64,000 nt of DNA from Raillietiella orientalis (taxonomy: Eukaryota): the NCBI GenBank assembly GCA_036172245.1, contig JAYWIR010000055.1, positions 62,001 to 126,000 of the forward strand, in the 5' to 3' direction. How positions within the stretch are numbered: the stretch's first letter is position 1; each line of letters begins with the position of its first letter. Both the position numbers and the translations under genes were made by a program. The notes beneath the pieces are model-generated. The model was not told the DNA's origin. It saw nothing but the letters and a program-made list of their open reading frames with translations, and did not search any database. This document shows, one piece after another, positions 49,716 to 62,849 of the stretch.

Positions 49716-51946
49716 TTAATGATTAGCATGCACTTCTCTGAATACCCACTTCTGATAGGTATTACTAGGATCACAGGGCAACAATAATGGCAGACTTTTT
49801 TGTGGATGAACTGAAAGGCATTTCTGCTGCCTCACATGATACAGCTGTGAATTCTTTTCTCGGATGAGTAAACAAATTCAATCAATTTTTCTGTACCTCT
49901 TTATGCTGCCAAGGTCCATCCACAGACCCCAATTTACAAAAGACCAGCTTGACTTCTCTAGCACTAGCATCAATGCAACGTTCGCCTATGCTTAACTGAC
50001 CCTGACTATTTAAACGTACCAACTAAAAAGATTCTATTTTCCTTTCAACAGTAACAGAATTCTACCTGAGAGCGACCACCATGATGACAAAAGGTAACAC
50101 CCATTCTGGATGGAGCTGCTTGACCCATTGTATCCAGACACTTTTCAGCAGCTACGTTTTTCAGCTAATAAAATGTCTTACAATGAACTCTGTTAGAATT
50201 AGTATATGTTTCCTCTACATACTTCACCCCAAAACAAATTTGGGGGTAGATGAGGAAAATCCTCAAGAACATTAGCTGCAACATTTTCCATGAACCATTG
50301 AAAACTCTTGCAATTTAATTTCTTTTTTAATTCCTTCTGCTTTGTGACATCACCTGCATCAATGTAACGAGCTAATGGTTCTCGTGTATAGAAAAATTCT
50401 TTGTACATCTCATCAAACCATACCTCTACAACACGTTTATAATTCTGAATTTAAATTTGATTAACACACCAAATGTTAACTAAACTTACAATAGTAATTA
50501 AAGGACCTTTCCTATTTTCTCCCAATTTACCAAAGTTATATGGCATAAAAGGTCGATAAACATGTCCCACTCGTGAGCATGGCACCCAAAGTATGCTACC
50601 ACCACATTGCCAGATCTATTTTTAGAGTCTATATTAAAAGCAATAACAAACAAATCTTACTCACTTTGAATGATAACTCAAAGTTCTCACCTCCCCAAAC
50701 CAGCAATCCAGGATCATATGCTCCCAATTCCAAAAAATACTTTCTATTTATAGCAAATAAACCTCCTGCATGGGTTGGTGATCTGACAAAACTCCAAATT
50801 ATTCTAAGCAAAGATAAACACAGCTACCTATATGGTTCACTTTGATACTTTCGTCTCACTTTTTCTTCTTCTGGGATTTCTTTTTCTTTGTATAGCATAC
50901 CCCACTCGAATATTCCATGTACTAAACGACCTGCTTGATATACAGGCCTGTATTCAAAAGTTTCAGACTCGATACCATCAATGATGGGCACTGTCATTAC
51001 TTTGCTAACACGCAAATCAGTCCCAATCCCTACAGTACTCACCGATCATAGTAGATAGGTGTTAACAATGGCACCAACCAGTTGTTGTTCACTTCACAAT
51101 GAGCATCTAAGAACACGATTACTTCTCCAATTGCTTCATGTGCCCCACGTGTACGACTTCCAATGAGTCCCTGTCTTTCAGGATTTCTGATCAGTCTGAC
51201 TTTATCAAACTTCTCAATATTCTTTTCCAACATGTGTTTAAGTGGTTCTGCAAATACAACTCACCAAAAAGGAATACAGGGATTTTGGCTCACCTTTTTC
51301 ACTGAAATCATCAACCAGCAAAATTTCTTCTAAAAACTGGGGTGGTGAAAATTTAAAGACACTGCTTATGGTTCTAAGTAATACTGAGAGGCCTTCGTTA
51401 TGGAAAACAATGATTACTGATGCACGAGGAAGGTTAGTAGGATAATTCCAGTATTTGCACCTACCAATTACCAATGTCTCATTGTTGTCAAAACAAAACC
51501 CTGATTCCCTTTATTTTCTTACTCCGTATCTCTGGTATCAGGAATAGTGCGCTCCAACGAAATTTCATCAGATGCCAACACATTCATGCCGTATTCTTCT
51601 GATGATCGCTTGGCTTCATTTCTATTTCTGGTGTGAACATAATGGGGTTTCCCATTCTCCCCAGGTCCATCAGCCCTCGACTGCACGACGTATTCAAAAT
51701 TTCCCAATTTACTCTTGTCTAAAAAGGTAGGTAACTACAACCTGCATAAGAACATGTGTGAGACATCTGAATGGAACATACCTTCGGCTCTTCTTGTTCA
51801 CTATGCTTAACATAATACTGCCCTGACACATCAGCGTTACCTGCACGTTTAAAATATAGGAGAAACAAAACAAAAAGTACGAAAACAGCGGTCACACCCA
51901 AAAATCGCAACCATGCTGTTCTCCTGCAAGAAAGCAAAGACCTCAT
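49716..51946 (-). CDS. GALNT7: Polypeptide N-acetylgalactosaminyltransferase 7 (Pgant7-like), 11 exons
   Basis: Type II TM anchor, [45 protein letters not shown] and a ricin-type lectin C-terminus. Ten GT-AG introns of ~38-62 nt; TAA at 49716. Confidence 0.95.
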
Positions 51947-52049
51947 TTGCAGGCTGTACGTTACTTCATGTAACGTTTGTAATTACAGTATTGGGCAGTA
52001 CCATCATGGAAACTGGTTACCATGCCTCACGTTTTATGTAGGGCATGAC

Positions 52050-52520
52050 CTGATAGTCACCTTTTTTGCACACCCATGACAACACGCACGCACATACCGC
52101 AGATACTCGGCGACACGCGTGCACTCGGCGACACGAAGAAGTTGCGCAAGGCGCAGAAATGGTGGCGCCGGGGGGGGGGCGCGGAAGCGGAAGCACTTCT
52201 TCTTTCCTCCCTCCCTTCTTTTTTCTTTCTTTCTTTCCCATTGTCGGCAACAATTGACCCGCGTCCACCCCGCGCGCGCGCGCGGGGGGGGGGAGCTGCT
52301 GCTGCTGCTGCTGCTGCAGCCGCAATTCGAAGGCTGCGTCACGTGGATCCGCTGCCGTCGCACGGCAACCCCTCTCTCTCTCCAGGGTGCAGGGTCCCGG
52401 AGAGACGAGCCCCGGCGGCGGCGGCGGCGGCGTGTTCCGGTGGGAGCACTTCCGGAAAAGGAACCCACCGGCCATCGTCACGTGCCGGTGGGATGGCAAA
52501 TCCGAACAGCATGAAGCTCT
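52050..52520. promoter_or_regulatory. CpG-rich island between the divergently oriented GALNT7 and PIGG; probable promoter
   Basis: Abrupt CpG/GC-rich patch with G-runs, (GCT)n, (GGC)n and CGGAAG (ETS-like) motifs ~100 nt upstream of the GALNT7 ATG. Confidence 0.45.
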
Positions 52521-53699
52521 GTGGCATGGGCAGTCCAAATGCTGGAGGATCTCTGTCGGTTACCTGGGAAATGCAAAAGGTAAAATGACAACTGGCGATC
52601 AGCACGGAAGTTTTATGGAGAAATATGAATACCTTCTTTGTTTGTTTGTTTTCCAGTTTCGCCTCGAATCCGCTGTTCCTAGGCATCCTTTTTGATTTCC
52701 CACACCCAAATCAAGGTGCTGAGAGCATCAAAAGTACTCGACCACCCTTTGCCGCCCTGGAGAAAGAAGGTGATCAATCGCTCGCCTCGTTCGCAAAATC
52801 TTCCGGAGGTGAATGACCAGCGAGATGTGGAGCACAGTTCGTACTCTGACCTGAGACCGAGCACGCGAAGTTGCATGCAGGAAGACCCCGTGCGGCGTCC
52901 CTCGCATCTCCCGTGACGCGAGGAGGCGTTTGGGCGATGGTTCGACATGGGAAGGGAGCAGCCTGTGCCAGCAGAAAGGGTGGGATGGGGCATCCGGTCA
53001 ACTGACTTCCGCTGGAGGGCGATCCACCGAGGAGAGCTCGCAAGGCACGAGCAGCGAAGAGGAAGGCAATTCTTCGCGACCTTTCAGTGGACATGTCGAA
53101 AATGATTCCCAGGGAAAAGTGGAGGAAGCCCATCTCGATAGAGGGGAAGCAACTTCACTGGCCAGAATCACGTCATGTGATTCTGGCAAGTGTCACGTGT
53201 CACTGCGAGGAGCATGCGGTTTTCCACACGTCTCCGGCAGTGGCAGCAAGGGAGCTGCACGAAGTGGTCTTCATTGCAAGGTCCACTCAGGCGCAGAAAC
53301 CACGGTTGATGAATAACAGTCGTCAGACTCGGATGCTTAGGCAAAAGTTTCGACTTCCTGACGAATTTGACCGCCGGTGGCTCTTGGTGTCAACTCCAGA
53401 CAAAACGAGGGGATGAGCCAGGTTGAACAGGCAGGCATTCTTTCTCTTTGCTTCCTGCCGGATGGAGATCCGAAAACTGTGTACGGCGCTGTCATGCGTG
53501 AGGAGGGACATCGGGGAATGGACCCCCTTCCCCCCCCCCCCTGCATCGAATGCTGTTCGAAATCCACTCCAAATGGGTGTGGAACGCGTATAGGAAAGTT
53601 CCGGAGACTACGTGGGACTCCTGCCCCTGCGCGCGCTTGCCGCGATGGGAGGCATTTCCTTCTGGCGCCTATGCCCAGACTGGCGCCAGCGACCGAAGC

Positions 53700-55400
53700 A
53701 CTCTAGCCGAACCGCTTTAGAGCAGACACGGGCATCACTAAGGAAAAGCCGGTGGTTGTGTTCTCCTGAGGGACAACCAGAATTTATCCATCCAAATTTC
53801 CTCCCGGGCAATGCTTTTGCTATCAGAGTGACCATGGGGTACATGTGCACGTCAGAGGCGTCACCCAGCCACTCTGGGGCGCTTATTTATTTATGTGTTT
53901 TTTTAGAAAAACATACAGAAACAGGGAACTTCGTTTTCTGTGAATTTAAAAAAAAAGAAATAACAAATCACATAGAGAAGTTCAGCTCAGAAGGTTCTCT
54001 GACTCGAAGATCAGCTAAAGGACTTGTTCGGAGAAGTGTTGGAATATGAAGGATAAATAAACAAGCAGTCGAAGGGCAGGGGGTAGGGAACAGGAATTGC
54101 TGCTCTCCTCAAGACATTGGCGATCTCCATAATCACTTTACTTTCCAAATTGAACCAATGCAAGCCTTCTTCTTCATGAAGGAAGTAGCTATGGAAGAGG
54201 CTTCCCTTTGGCACTGCTGCAGCTCCCGCGAATAACGGGCCTTTATTATGCCTAGGATGCAACATAAAGCTGCGATCATAGCAGCAGATGAGAGAACAAG
54301 AAGGAGCGACGCAGCAACGCAAGCATCGATCTTTAGAGTGCAGGAGCGCAGAAGCCAGCCTCTCTTACAACTGACGGTGGACGATGCTGTTCATCACCAG
54401 GTGCGAGGGCGACTCGATCGGTCCTCACCTGCTACACTCCGGAGACATGCCGCCCCTCGTAACGTGGTGCAAGCGCTCGTTGAAGATGACTCCAGTGAAG
54501 ACTCCGGTGTAAGAAGAGCATCAAGTCATTTTTGCCACCTAAAGGGGAGCACAGAACAGTTGAAACACGGGGCGGGGGGGGAAACAGTTCTTCCGGGGGC
54601 ACACTCAAAGTTTCCTCCCACTGGAGCAGTCTTTTTGCCTGGAAGCATTGCATCACGTGTCGACCAGAACTTTGGAGGTACACTCACGAAGGAGTTTCTC
54701 CACTCCTGCGAGGGTACGGAACTCCCACCTTGCCACTTGGTAACTGACGTTGCTATCCCGTGATGAAAGCACTGCGGCCAAAGGCGTGGCGGATAACCGG
54801 CTCCACTTCTTCGGCTCCTCAACGATCCTTTGTGAGAAGGTCCTGCCGAACCACTGGACCTGGACGCGATCTCCCGAGATGGTGCTGGTCAAGCGCACCT
54901 AGTTGTCCACTAATTCTTGCAGCCAAGACTGGAAGTTCAGAGGACAGCAGGAGGTTCACTCGTTAGACTCTAGCAGAGAGGCGAGCTGCTTTAGAGGAAA
55001 TCCATTTCCTGTTGTACGAGAAGAGCGACTTCTGGTTCAAAGCCCTCTCCATGAGGGCGAGTCTTCTGAAGTGAAACTGCAGACTTGTCTCTCTCAGCGT
55101 CAGTATGCCTAGCCCGGCATCCGTACGTGGAACAGCAATGTTCTTAAGAAGGACTCGGTACCGTAAAACTCTAAGAGTCTTCCCAAGTCTTCCAACAGTC
55201 CATTTTCCTTTTGTCTCACCTCATAGGGAGGAGAATGCACAAAAATAAGGTATAGGAAGAGGAGGCGACAAAAAAATTCCAGATCGAAGGCCGCTCCAGT
55301 AGGTGGAATCTGCCCCCGATGAACGAGCCACGCCTCTGTGCCGCAGAAGTCGCCTGACGGAATGCCAAGATACTTTAAATACTTGCCCCTGGGGATCCTC
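53700..55400 (-). mobile_element. Jumbled, decayed R2/RLE-type non-LTR retrotransposon fragments
   Basis: KYLGIP (~55370), GV*Q..LVMNSI (~54420), YFLHEEEGL (~54170), IPTLLRTS (~54040) and GCPSGE-H (~53770). Spacing is inconsistent with a single intact copy. Confidence 0.35.
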
Positions 55401-56049
55401 AAGCGGATTCAGTGTGTCAGCCTCTCCCACGATGCTCCCAACAGTTATGCAATTTTGTTCTTATGGGAACCTTGTACACGTCAGGGAATCACCCGATCTC
55501 CTTCGGAAGACTTAGAAAGCATTGATCTTGTTCGTGGATGGTAAATTTCTTTCTCCTGATCAGGTTGCTCCTCTCTGTCTCCTACTATTTGTTTGTCTGC
55601 CTTTCGCGAAGAGCTGTTGATGTCTTACGTAAAACCCCTTGGAGCTTGAGGATTTTAGAAATCACACGGAAAGACTTCGTGGCTCCACTGGAGACGATCA
55701 ACTCGGAATGCAGACGTCGGAGAGACGTAGATCAGAACTGAGAAACTGAGTCGCAATTATCCTCATCAAGTACCAGAGGAATATAAGCAGCTTTTTTTCA
55801 TTTCTCAGATACCGAGCTGACTAAATTATTTGCCATCTCGTCATTTATCTCAGATGCAGCATACAGATTGGAAATGTTACTTTTGAAATTCCGAAGAGAA
55901 AGAAATTCCCGAAACAAAGCAAATGAATTTAAGTACCCTCCTTACACATGCCTTTAAACGTATTGCTCTCCCCAAAACCATCCTGCTCAGTGGCAGACAG
56001 ACTCCTTTGTATAACTGGAAGTTTGACCCACTGAATTTCACTGTTTACG

Positions 56050-56640
56050 TCTAAATGAGTGAGACCGTGCTGAACGTATTGGTGAGGCGCAATGGGGAGG
56101 TTAATATCAGTTGCAAAAGAGTGTAGTGGGTCGAACAAAAAGACTCCACGGACCGCCGGTTGCCTGTTTCTGGTGTACACCGCCTAGCACCAGCTCCTCC
56201 GTACTTTGCCCGCAACCCCAAAGAGACCTGGATTCCATGAACTGCCCCCATTCTGGTGTGGGGGTTCGCCAAGGGTGCAGGGGTGTTTGATGCAGATGAA
56301 TTCCTTAACCATGCTAATAGCTCACTAACGCCTGCATTGCTCGTCTTTGGCAGATGTCAACTTTGGTGGGCTCAACGGGTGAACGCAAGTGCCGCTCTTT
56401 GGAGTAGGCATGGCCGATGGCGGTGAAGTGAGGGTGGTCAGCGCGGCCGCGGAATCGCAGTTCCATGAGAGCCCCTAAGGAATTGGTAAATTAGACCCCT
56501 TCAATCGTGAAGCACAGTTCCAGCTGATTGCAAGAGCATTCGTATGGTCCAGGTGGCAAAGACCGCCAGTAAAGATGGAAGGCCGCATTGAGAATGCCAT
56601 CAAGGAAGGTGACAAGAAAACATCTGCAAAGATGCCACAT
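56050..56640 (+). mobile_element. Decayed Ty3/gypsy RNase H-integrase remnant
   Basis: In order: STDRRL (cf. STxDRELL), FLVYTA*H (cf. FxxYTDH), KGA..DAD and QLIARAFVW..VAK..ECH..KVTR (integrase zinc-binding region). Confidence 0.5.
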
Positions 56641-56694
56641 ACAAACTGATGCTACACGAAATTTAATGTTTCATCTGTACCGAAACAAAAAGCA

Positions 56695-59600
56695 ATGACA
56701 CATTTGCGGAAGCCAGAATTATTCGTTTGGATGCTTGGCATCATTCTGCTGCTTATCTACTCCTTGGCATTTTCTCCTCTCAATTTGCCCACAAAAGGAC
56801 ACCAAGGATTCAGTACTAAGGAGTAAGTAACTTTGGCGAATAGAGATGAAACAGATATTGGAACTGACATTTTTGTGATATATGGCAACTTTTAGTTTAA
56901 GGTATATTGAGGAAAGCCTGAAAGATCAATTTTTTCTAGAAGTGATTGAGAGTCTGCTAAAACTTTGTTGTAAATTTTCAATGAAAAATCATTTCCAGCT
57001 GATAGAGCCCTTTAAAACTAAGTGTACTAGAAGTAAAAAAAATAGTGCAAAGAATAGTATTTCTGAACATACTTGAGATGAGAGATCTATAATAAGTTTA
57101 GAAATGTATATAACTAATAACAAGTATATTTAATCATTTGCTTCCATGTGTTATTATGTAAGTAATGTTATAGAGTAGTTTGGTACTGACATTGCAGTTA
57201 AATTTGCTGGATAAAGAGATGATGATGGTTTGGGTTTATGATAGGCTTGCTTACATATATGTCAAGAGACCTGCCCCATTTCTTAAACCCGTGTTCATTA
57301 TTTTAAGAGTAAAGAATGTATCATCTACTGGGATAAAGTTAGACAAACTAGTCATTCTGATTATTGATGCCTTAAGAATGGATTTTGTGGAATTTGGAAG
57401 AATGCCCACATTGGACACAATTCACTCCATGAATATGTCTCAGGTTTTTGTCTCAAGATGCCATCCTCCTACAGTTACAATGCCTCGAATCAAGGTACTA
57501 AAGTTTTTCGCTGCAGGATGTATTATTATACATCTTCCTATACATTCCTGTACGGCTTGGTTAAAATAGTAGTGAAATTTTAGGCCCTCACCTCTGGTGT
57601 TGTTCCAGGATTTACAGACATCATAAGTAATCTTAATACTACTGAGTTAAAAGTTGATAATATCATCTTAAATGCAAAAACTCATGGATTAAGAATTCAT
57701 TTTTATGGTGATGACACATGGTTGAAGTTGTTTCCTGATAGTTTCGCCAAATTTGAAGGCACAACATCATTTTTTGTTCGTGATTATACTGAGGTAAATT
57801 GTTAACAAGACAACTAGACATTAGCATTTTGACAGTGAAAACCTTTCTAGGAAAGGGAATGTTAAAACACTAAATTTGTTTGTTTGTTTTCACTTTCGTT
57901 GAGATTTTGTTATCTGATAGCATACTTCAATGAAAAATAATGAATGTGAACATTTCGTGAGCTTAGATATCTGAAAAGTGTTGTGTTTGTGGTTGTAACA
58001 AGTTTTCTGTTAATCCTATTTTTTTGTGTGGATGCTCTGTGAATATAATGGACTTTCAAGCTGCAAACATATGGAAGAGTTAAACACATAAATTTCATGT
58101 TATTTCAGGTTGATGCAAATGTTACCAGAAATGTGATCCTTGCCTTAAAAGAAAAGGATTGGGACATTCTCATCTTACATTATCTTGGATTGGATCACAT
58201 TGGTCATATAGAAAACCCATTTTCTAATTTAGTGGGTCCAAAGCTGTTGGAGATGGATGCTGTCATCAATAGGATAATCAGGAGTTTGAATTTGTTGGAT
58301 CCAGAAGATCAGGTAACATTTGTAGTAGTTTGGAGATGTGCAAAGACATCCTGAGATTCATTGATTCTCAGAGATTCATTTTGTTGATATGTAACTATTC
58401 TGAGGTTCCAATTGATTACCTTTATTCATCATTGAGAAGAAAGTTTATTCTATATGAATATGGAAAATTGATTCATAACTTGTGAAAGAATGGTATTGAG
58501 GTGGTACTTGTAGTTTGAAATATTTGTTTATTTGACAAGTAACATTGCCTGCTATTGTCTTGTGAAATTATTGTTGTGATTTTGTTTTGAAAGAGTCTTT
58601 CTGGTTATGTGCACATAATAGGCTAGCTGAAATGTAGTTTGAATTTTCTAAAAATTCTTCTAACAGTGCAAAAAGAATAAAGCAGTATCAACAGATGTTA
58701 GCAAATTTAGATTTTTATGAATTTATGGAATCGTAGATTTATGTGTATTAAAAAAAACACGAATAACAAATGCATTCAGCTGATGATTTTCTCTGAGATT
58801 TTTTGCAGAATCTAAGAACTCACGGAGATAATGTTTGCACTCATATGTCACTTCTTTAACAGTATTTATGAATAATTGATATGCACTGATTTTAAAGTGT
58901 TCCCCCCCCTCTCCTCCTGAAAACAGTACATTCATTGTTATTTCCACTTCAGATAAATATGACTCCTTTTTGTAATTCCCTTCCCTCTGTTGTTATTATA
59001 TCTGGAGATCATGGTATGGCTGACATAGGAGGTCATGGAGGATCATCAGCTGCTGAGACACATACTCCCTTCATTTTCATTACAGACAAATGTTTTTTGC
59101 AAGAGTAATTTCATTTTCTGTTGTCCCATTAATATTGTTTTCCTTAACAGAATCAAAAAAACTGTCAGCATTATCGATCAGATTGATATAGCTCCTACTT
59201 TGTCAGCAGTGTTGGGTTTACCTTTTCCAGAGAATAATATGGGCAGATTAATTCCATCTCTGTTGATAAATGCAGATATGAACAGCAAGGTATCAGCCAT
59301 GGAACTGAATTTAAGGCAGCTACTTAGAGTTGCAAAGTACTACAATATCCATCCTAAGTCTGGTAGGTGCAGCAAGCATGTAAATTGCTCTCATTTTGAA
59401 GATGTATTGTATGTGTAGGTTGGCAATTGTCTGATGGTTACCAGACCAAACCACTGTCTGTAAAAATGCAAATTTTGGATTCCTTATTAGATGAAGTCAA
59501 AACAGGCATTGTAGAGCAGGTCAAGCAGTTTGATATGTACACAATGACTCTATGCATTGGGGGATTATTGAAAGTAGGTACACAGTAAGCAAAAGGTTAC

Positions 59601-61131
59601 CCTAACTGTGTATGCTAAATGTAGTTAGTCAGCATTTTTTTCTACCTCATGCTTGGTGGATGCATCAGCTGCTCTTGGCAGAGAATGTTTGCCTTGGTGC
59701 CTGTAGTCACATGCGTGAATTTTTCTCTTTGCTTTTGGACTCCTTTAAACAGTTACTTGTGCGCCATTAGTTGGCAAGTAGCAGGCAAAATATTGGTACT
59801 GCTACTTGTAGGTGCAATCGTACCAGCTTCTCTTCAAACCCAGAGTGATTTTCATGTATCTGGTCATTGTTTTCTCCAATCAAAGATCAGGAATTTCAGG
59901 TGGCAGTTGTGGACATTTCCAGAATATAGCTTATTATTATTGTTAGCATTGCAATTCTTTAGTCTATATTCCACCAGTTTCATTGAAGAGGAACATCAGT
60001 CTTTATATTTTGCTAGTGTAAGTGTCATCCTGGCAGTGGTCGTTTCAAAATACATGCACGTAATGCCTTGGAAAGATACAAGTATTCTGAGATCTGCATG
60101 TATTGTGTTGTCCATAATGCGGATATCCCTTTCTTGGAATCAAACAGGCAATAAGTGGTTGCATATCTCGGATGTAGGAGACTGGCTCTGTCATTCAGAT
60201 AACTGGTTGTATCTGACATCAGCAATGTTTGGTAGTTCATTATGGTTGCTGATCAACTGTATCAGCTTCAATAAAAACTGTTTAACATTTTTTGCCATGA
60301 GTGTATCTGTTTTGTATCACTGGATTGACGTCTTTCCCCCACTTAGCTGGTTTGTCTCCAGGTGAGTAGATGCTGCTTGTCTTCTATTCTTATGTGAATC
60401 TCTAGTGAGGTAGCAGCAAGGATAAGTTACCTGCTAATTGGACTTTTGTTTCTTTGTGGGGTTGTCACTTTCAATGCAGTTTACTGCTATCATGCCTGGA
60501 TTGCATTGTGCATTCTTCTTTTTCGAGCTCATAACATACCACTATTGGCACTAACAGTTCTTAGTCAGAAATATACCAGAATTCTCATTCATCAATTTCG
60601 TGACCAAAGAATGCAGGCTCTGTACATTTTCCTCATGGCACGATCAAGTTTCTTTTTTCAGGTAACTCATCCATATTTTGATAGTATCCTTTTCTTACTA
60701 TCTAGATTGTTTTCAGGGCAACTCTAACATTTTATCCAGTCTTGACATACGATCCGGTTATGTAGGTGTGTCCCAGTTCTTGCCACTTATTGTGGGAAGT
60801 TTAATGGCGTGTCATACGTATGCCTTGTATGTTCTGTGGTTACTATACTTTGTGCAGGAGTTCAAAATAAGGTAAGAATCACGTACATGCTTATTATTTA
60901 CAAGGATCTAGGGACGCCAATGGAATCATTGCAACCATTGCATGTGCACACTGGTCAAAAGTCGTTATGTATTGCATCAATGTTCTCTTTCACTGCCACC
61001 ATCTTTTCATATGGTCAGTATTTGCCCCAAAGTTGCTATATGAATTGGCAGATTCCCTTATTCTTTTTCTTATATCCTTTTACATTAATTGGATGCAAGC
61101 ACACGAATCAAACTGTGCACATACTGTCTGA
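56695..61131 (+). CDS. PIGG: GPI ethanolamine phosphate transferase 2, ~11 exons
   Basis: IIDALRMDF, HPPTVTMPRIKAL, FYGDDTWLKLFP, LHYLGLDHIGH, GDHGMADIGGHGGSS, STSFIEEEHQ, FFFQGNSN and HLFIWSVFAPKLLYE; TGA at 61131. The exon 2 acceptor is ambiguous (57244 or 57307). Confidence 0.93.
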
Positions 61132-61399
61132 ATAAATGCACAAAAGGAATATCGTCGTTTTGTATCCTTGAATTTTTCTTGAATTCCTTCAATAAGATCA
61201 AGTACATGCATACACAACATGGCGGAATATTATCACAGCCCATTTCGCAATTGCAGCTGAGGAACTGGAATCAATTAGTTAAAGCACCTGATGCAAAAGT
61301 CCATCTGTTAGGAGGAAGAAATGACTGTGATGTTCAAATGTGTTTGAATATTTTAGAGACTGGGAAAGTGTAGAGAATTTCTGGTGATCATTCTTACTG

Positions 61400-62000
61400 A
61401 TCAGAGTTTTGGTGATTCAAGTTCTGTTAATAAGTTTAGAGTTTTTGGTTTTGATGATTTGTTGGGCCACCTGACGGTGAATTTTCTGATGCAGATAAGC
61501 ATATTATTCAGTAGTCATCCTCTTTGAGTAGGTTTCCCTTCGCTTCGCCAAAAACAGTACACAGTGGCATTTCTTCTGTCTTATTACCGAGTCCTGATGC
61601 AGAGTTCTGATACAACGGATCGAGTCTTTTTGTCATTAGTGCGGGGATTGAAAAATCAAGGATTTTGCAACATTCTTATGCGAATCAATAGCAAAGCATG
61701 CTGGTAGGATGTTTTTATAGTCCACTGGAAGAAAACTGTCGTGACGCACTACTACTCTGAACAGAAGTTTCGTGTTTCTCCTCGCAGCTTCAGCTGCTTC
61801 CTGTAGTGATGTTTTCCTTCCAGCATGCGGGGTTGTTACTTTCGTCTATTAATGGCAATTTTTCGAGTTCTCAAGCAGCTGCTGAGTCTTCATTGCCATG
61901 CAACATTGGTTTTTGCCTCATTCTCAACTGTATCACTTTGCATCGTCCGTTTTCATTTCGAAACGAAAGCAAAGCAACCGGTGCTATCAATTAGCGCCTG
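61400..62000 (-). mobile_element. Possible RTE-type retrotransposon remnant (pre-RT region)
   Basis: QEAAEAARRNTKLLFRVV and KGNLLKED resemble the RTE linker region; the frame is interrupted by stops. Confidence 0.3.
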
Positions 62001-62849
62001 CTTGCATCGCTAATGGTTGCAGGTATTTCATAAGATGAACGGTGTTCAACCAATAGTTCGTCCCGCGATTATCGGAAAGTTGCGATTTTACTTTTCCATG
62101 CAATAAAACTCTCTCAGCAGCACGCTTTTTGCTAGCAGCCCGTGCCACCATCCGCGTAAACGGCCGTGTGTGGTCGGCGGGCGTCCACGCGCGGCACCCG
62201 ACCGTCGCGACCGCGAATCCTCATGGGGGACCCACGACGTGGGTTTCCGCAGTCTTCGTAGTATGTTGAAGCTGAGACGCCTCAGGCTTCGCGTGTGCAC
62301 TGCTAGGATGACAAACCGGGAACAGCGGAAGCGGTGGGGTCTTTCTCACCGCTCCACGCACGCTTCCGGTGCGTGGTGGAGGAAGGAGCCTTGTGGGCGT
62401 TACCCCGCGTGACGGTGCGTTGCCCAGCCTCCGCGATGACCCGTCGGGTGCTTAAGTACTTAGCGGGCACAGCAGCGAAAACCAAAAGAGAAAAAACAAA
62501 AACAAGAAAACTGGAAGGACGTGAAAGACAGCGACAAGGGATCAGGATTTCCATCTTCCACTCTGTCCTTGGGCATCTGGATGTGACCGAGAGCGGGACT
62601 GCACTTCTGCGCTCGATTCGATCTAAAATTTCTTGGGAATACCTGATGTTTATGCTTGCATTTTTTTTTTTTTCCTTTTAAAGCCTGGAGTGCTTCCCAT
62701 TCCCGTGCCTCCTCTTCATCCGTTAGCATCGTCTGTCCATAGTCTTGTAGATTTCCGCGTTCGTGGTCACGTTGAACGTAACGACGTTTCCATGCCCTCC
62801 GTGACACCGTGGCGAGCACCTCCGAGCAAACGTGCTGTCCGCCGGCTTG

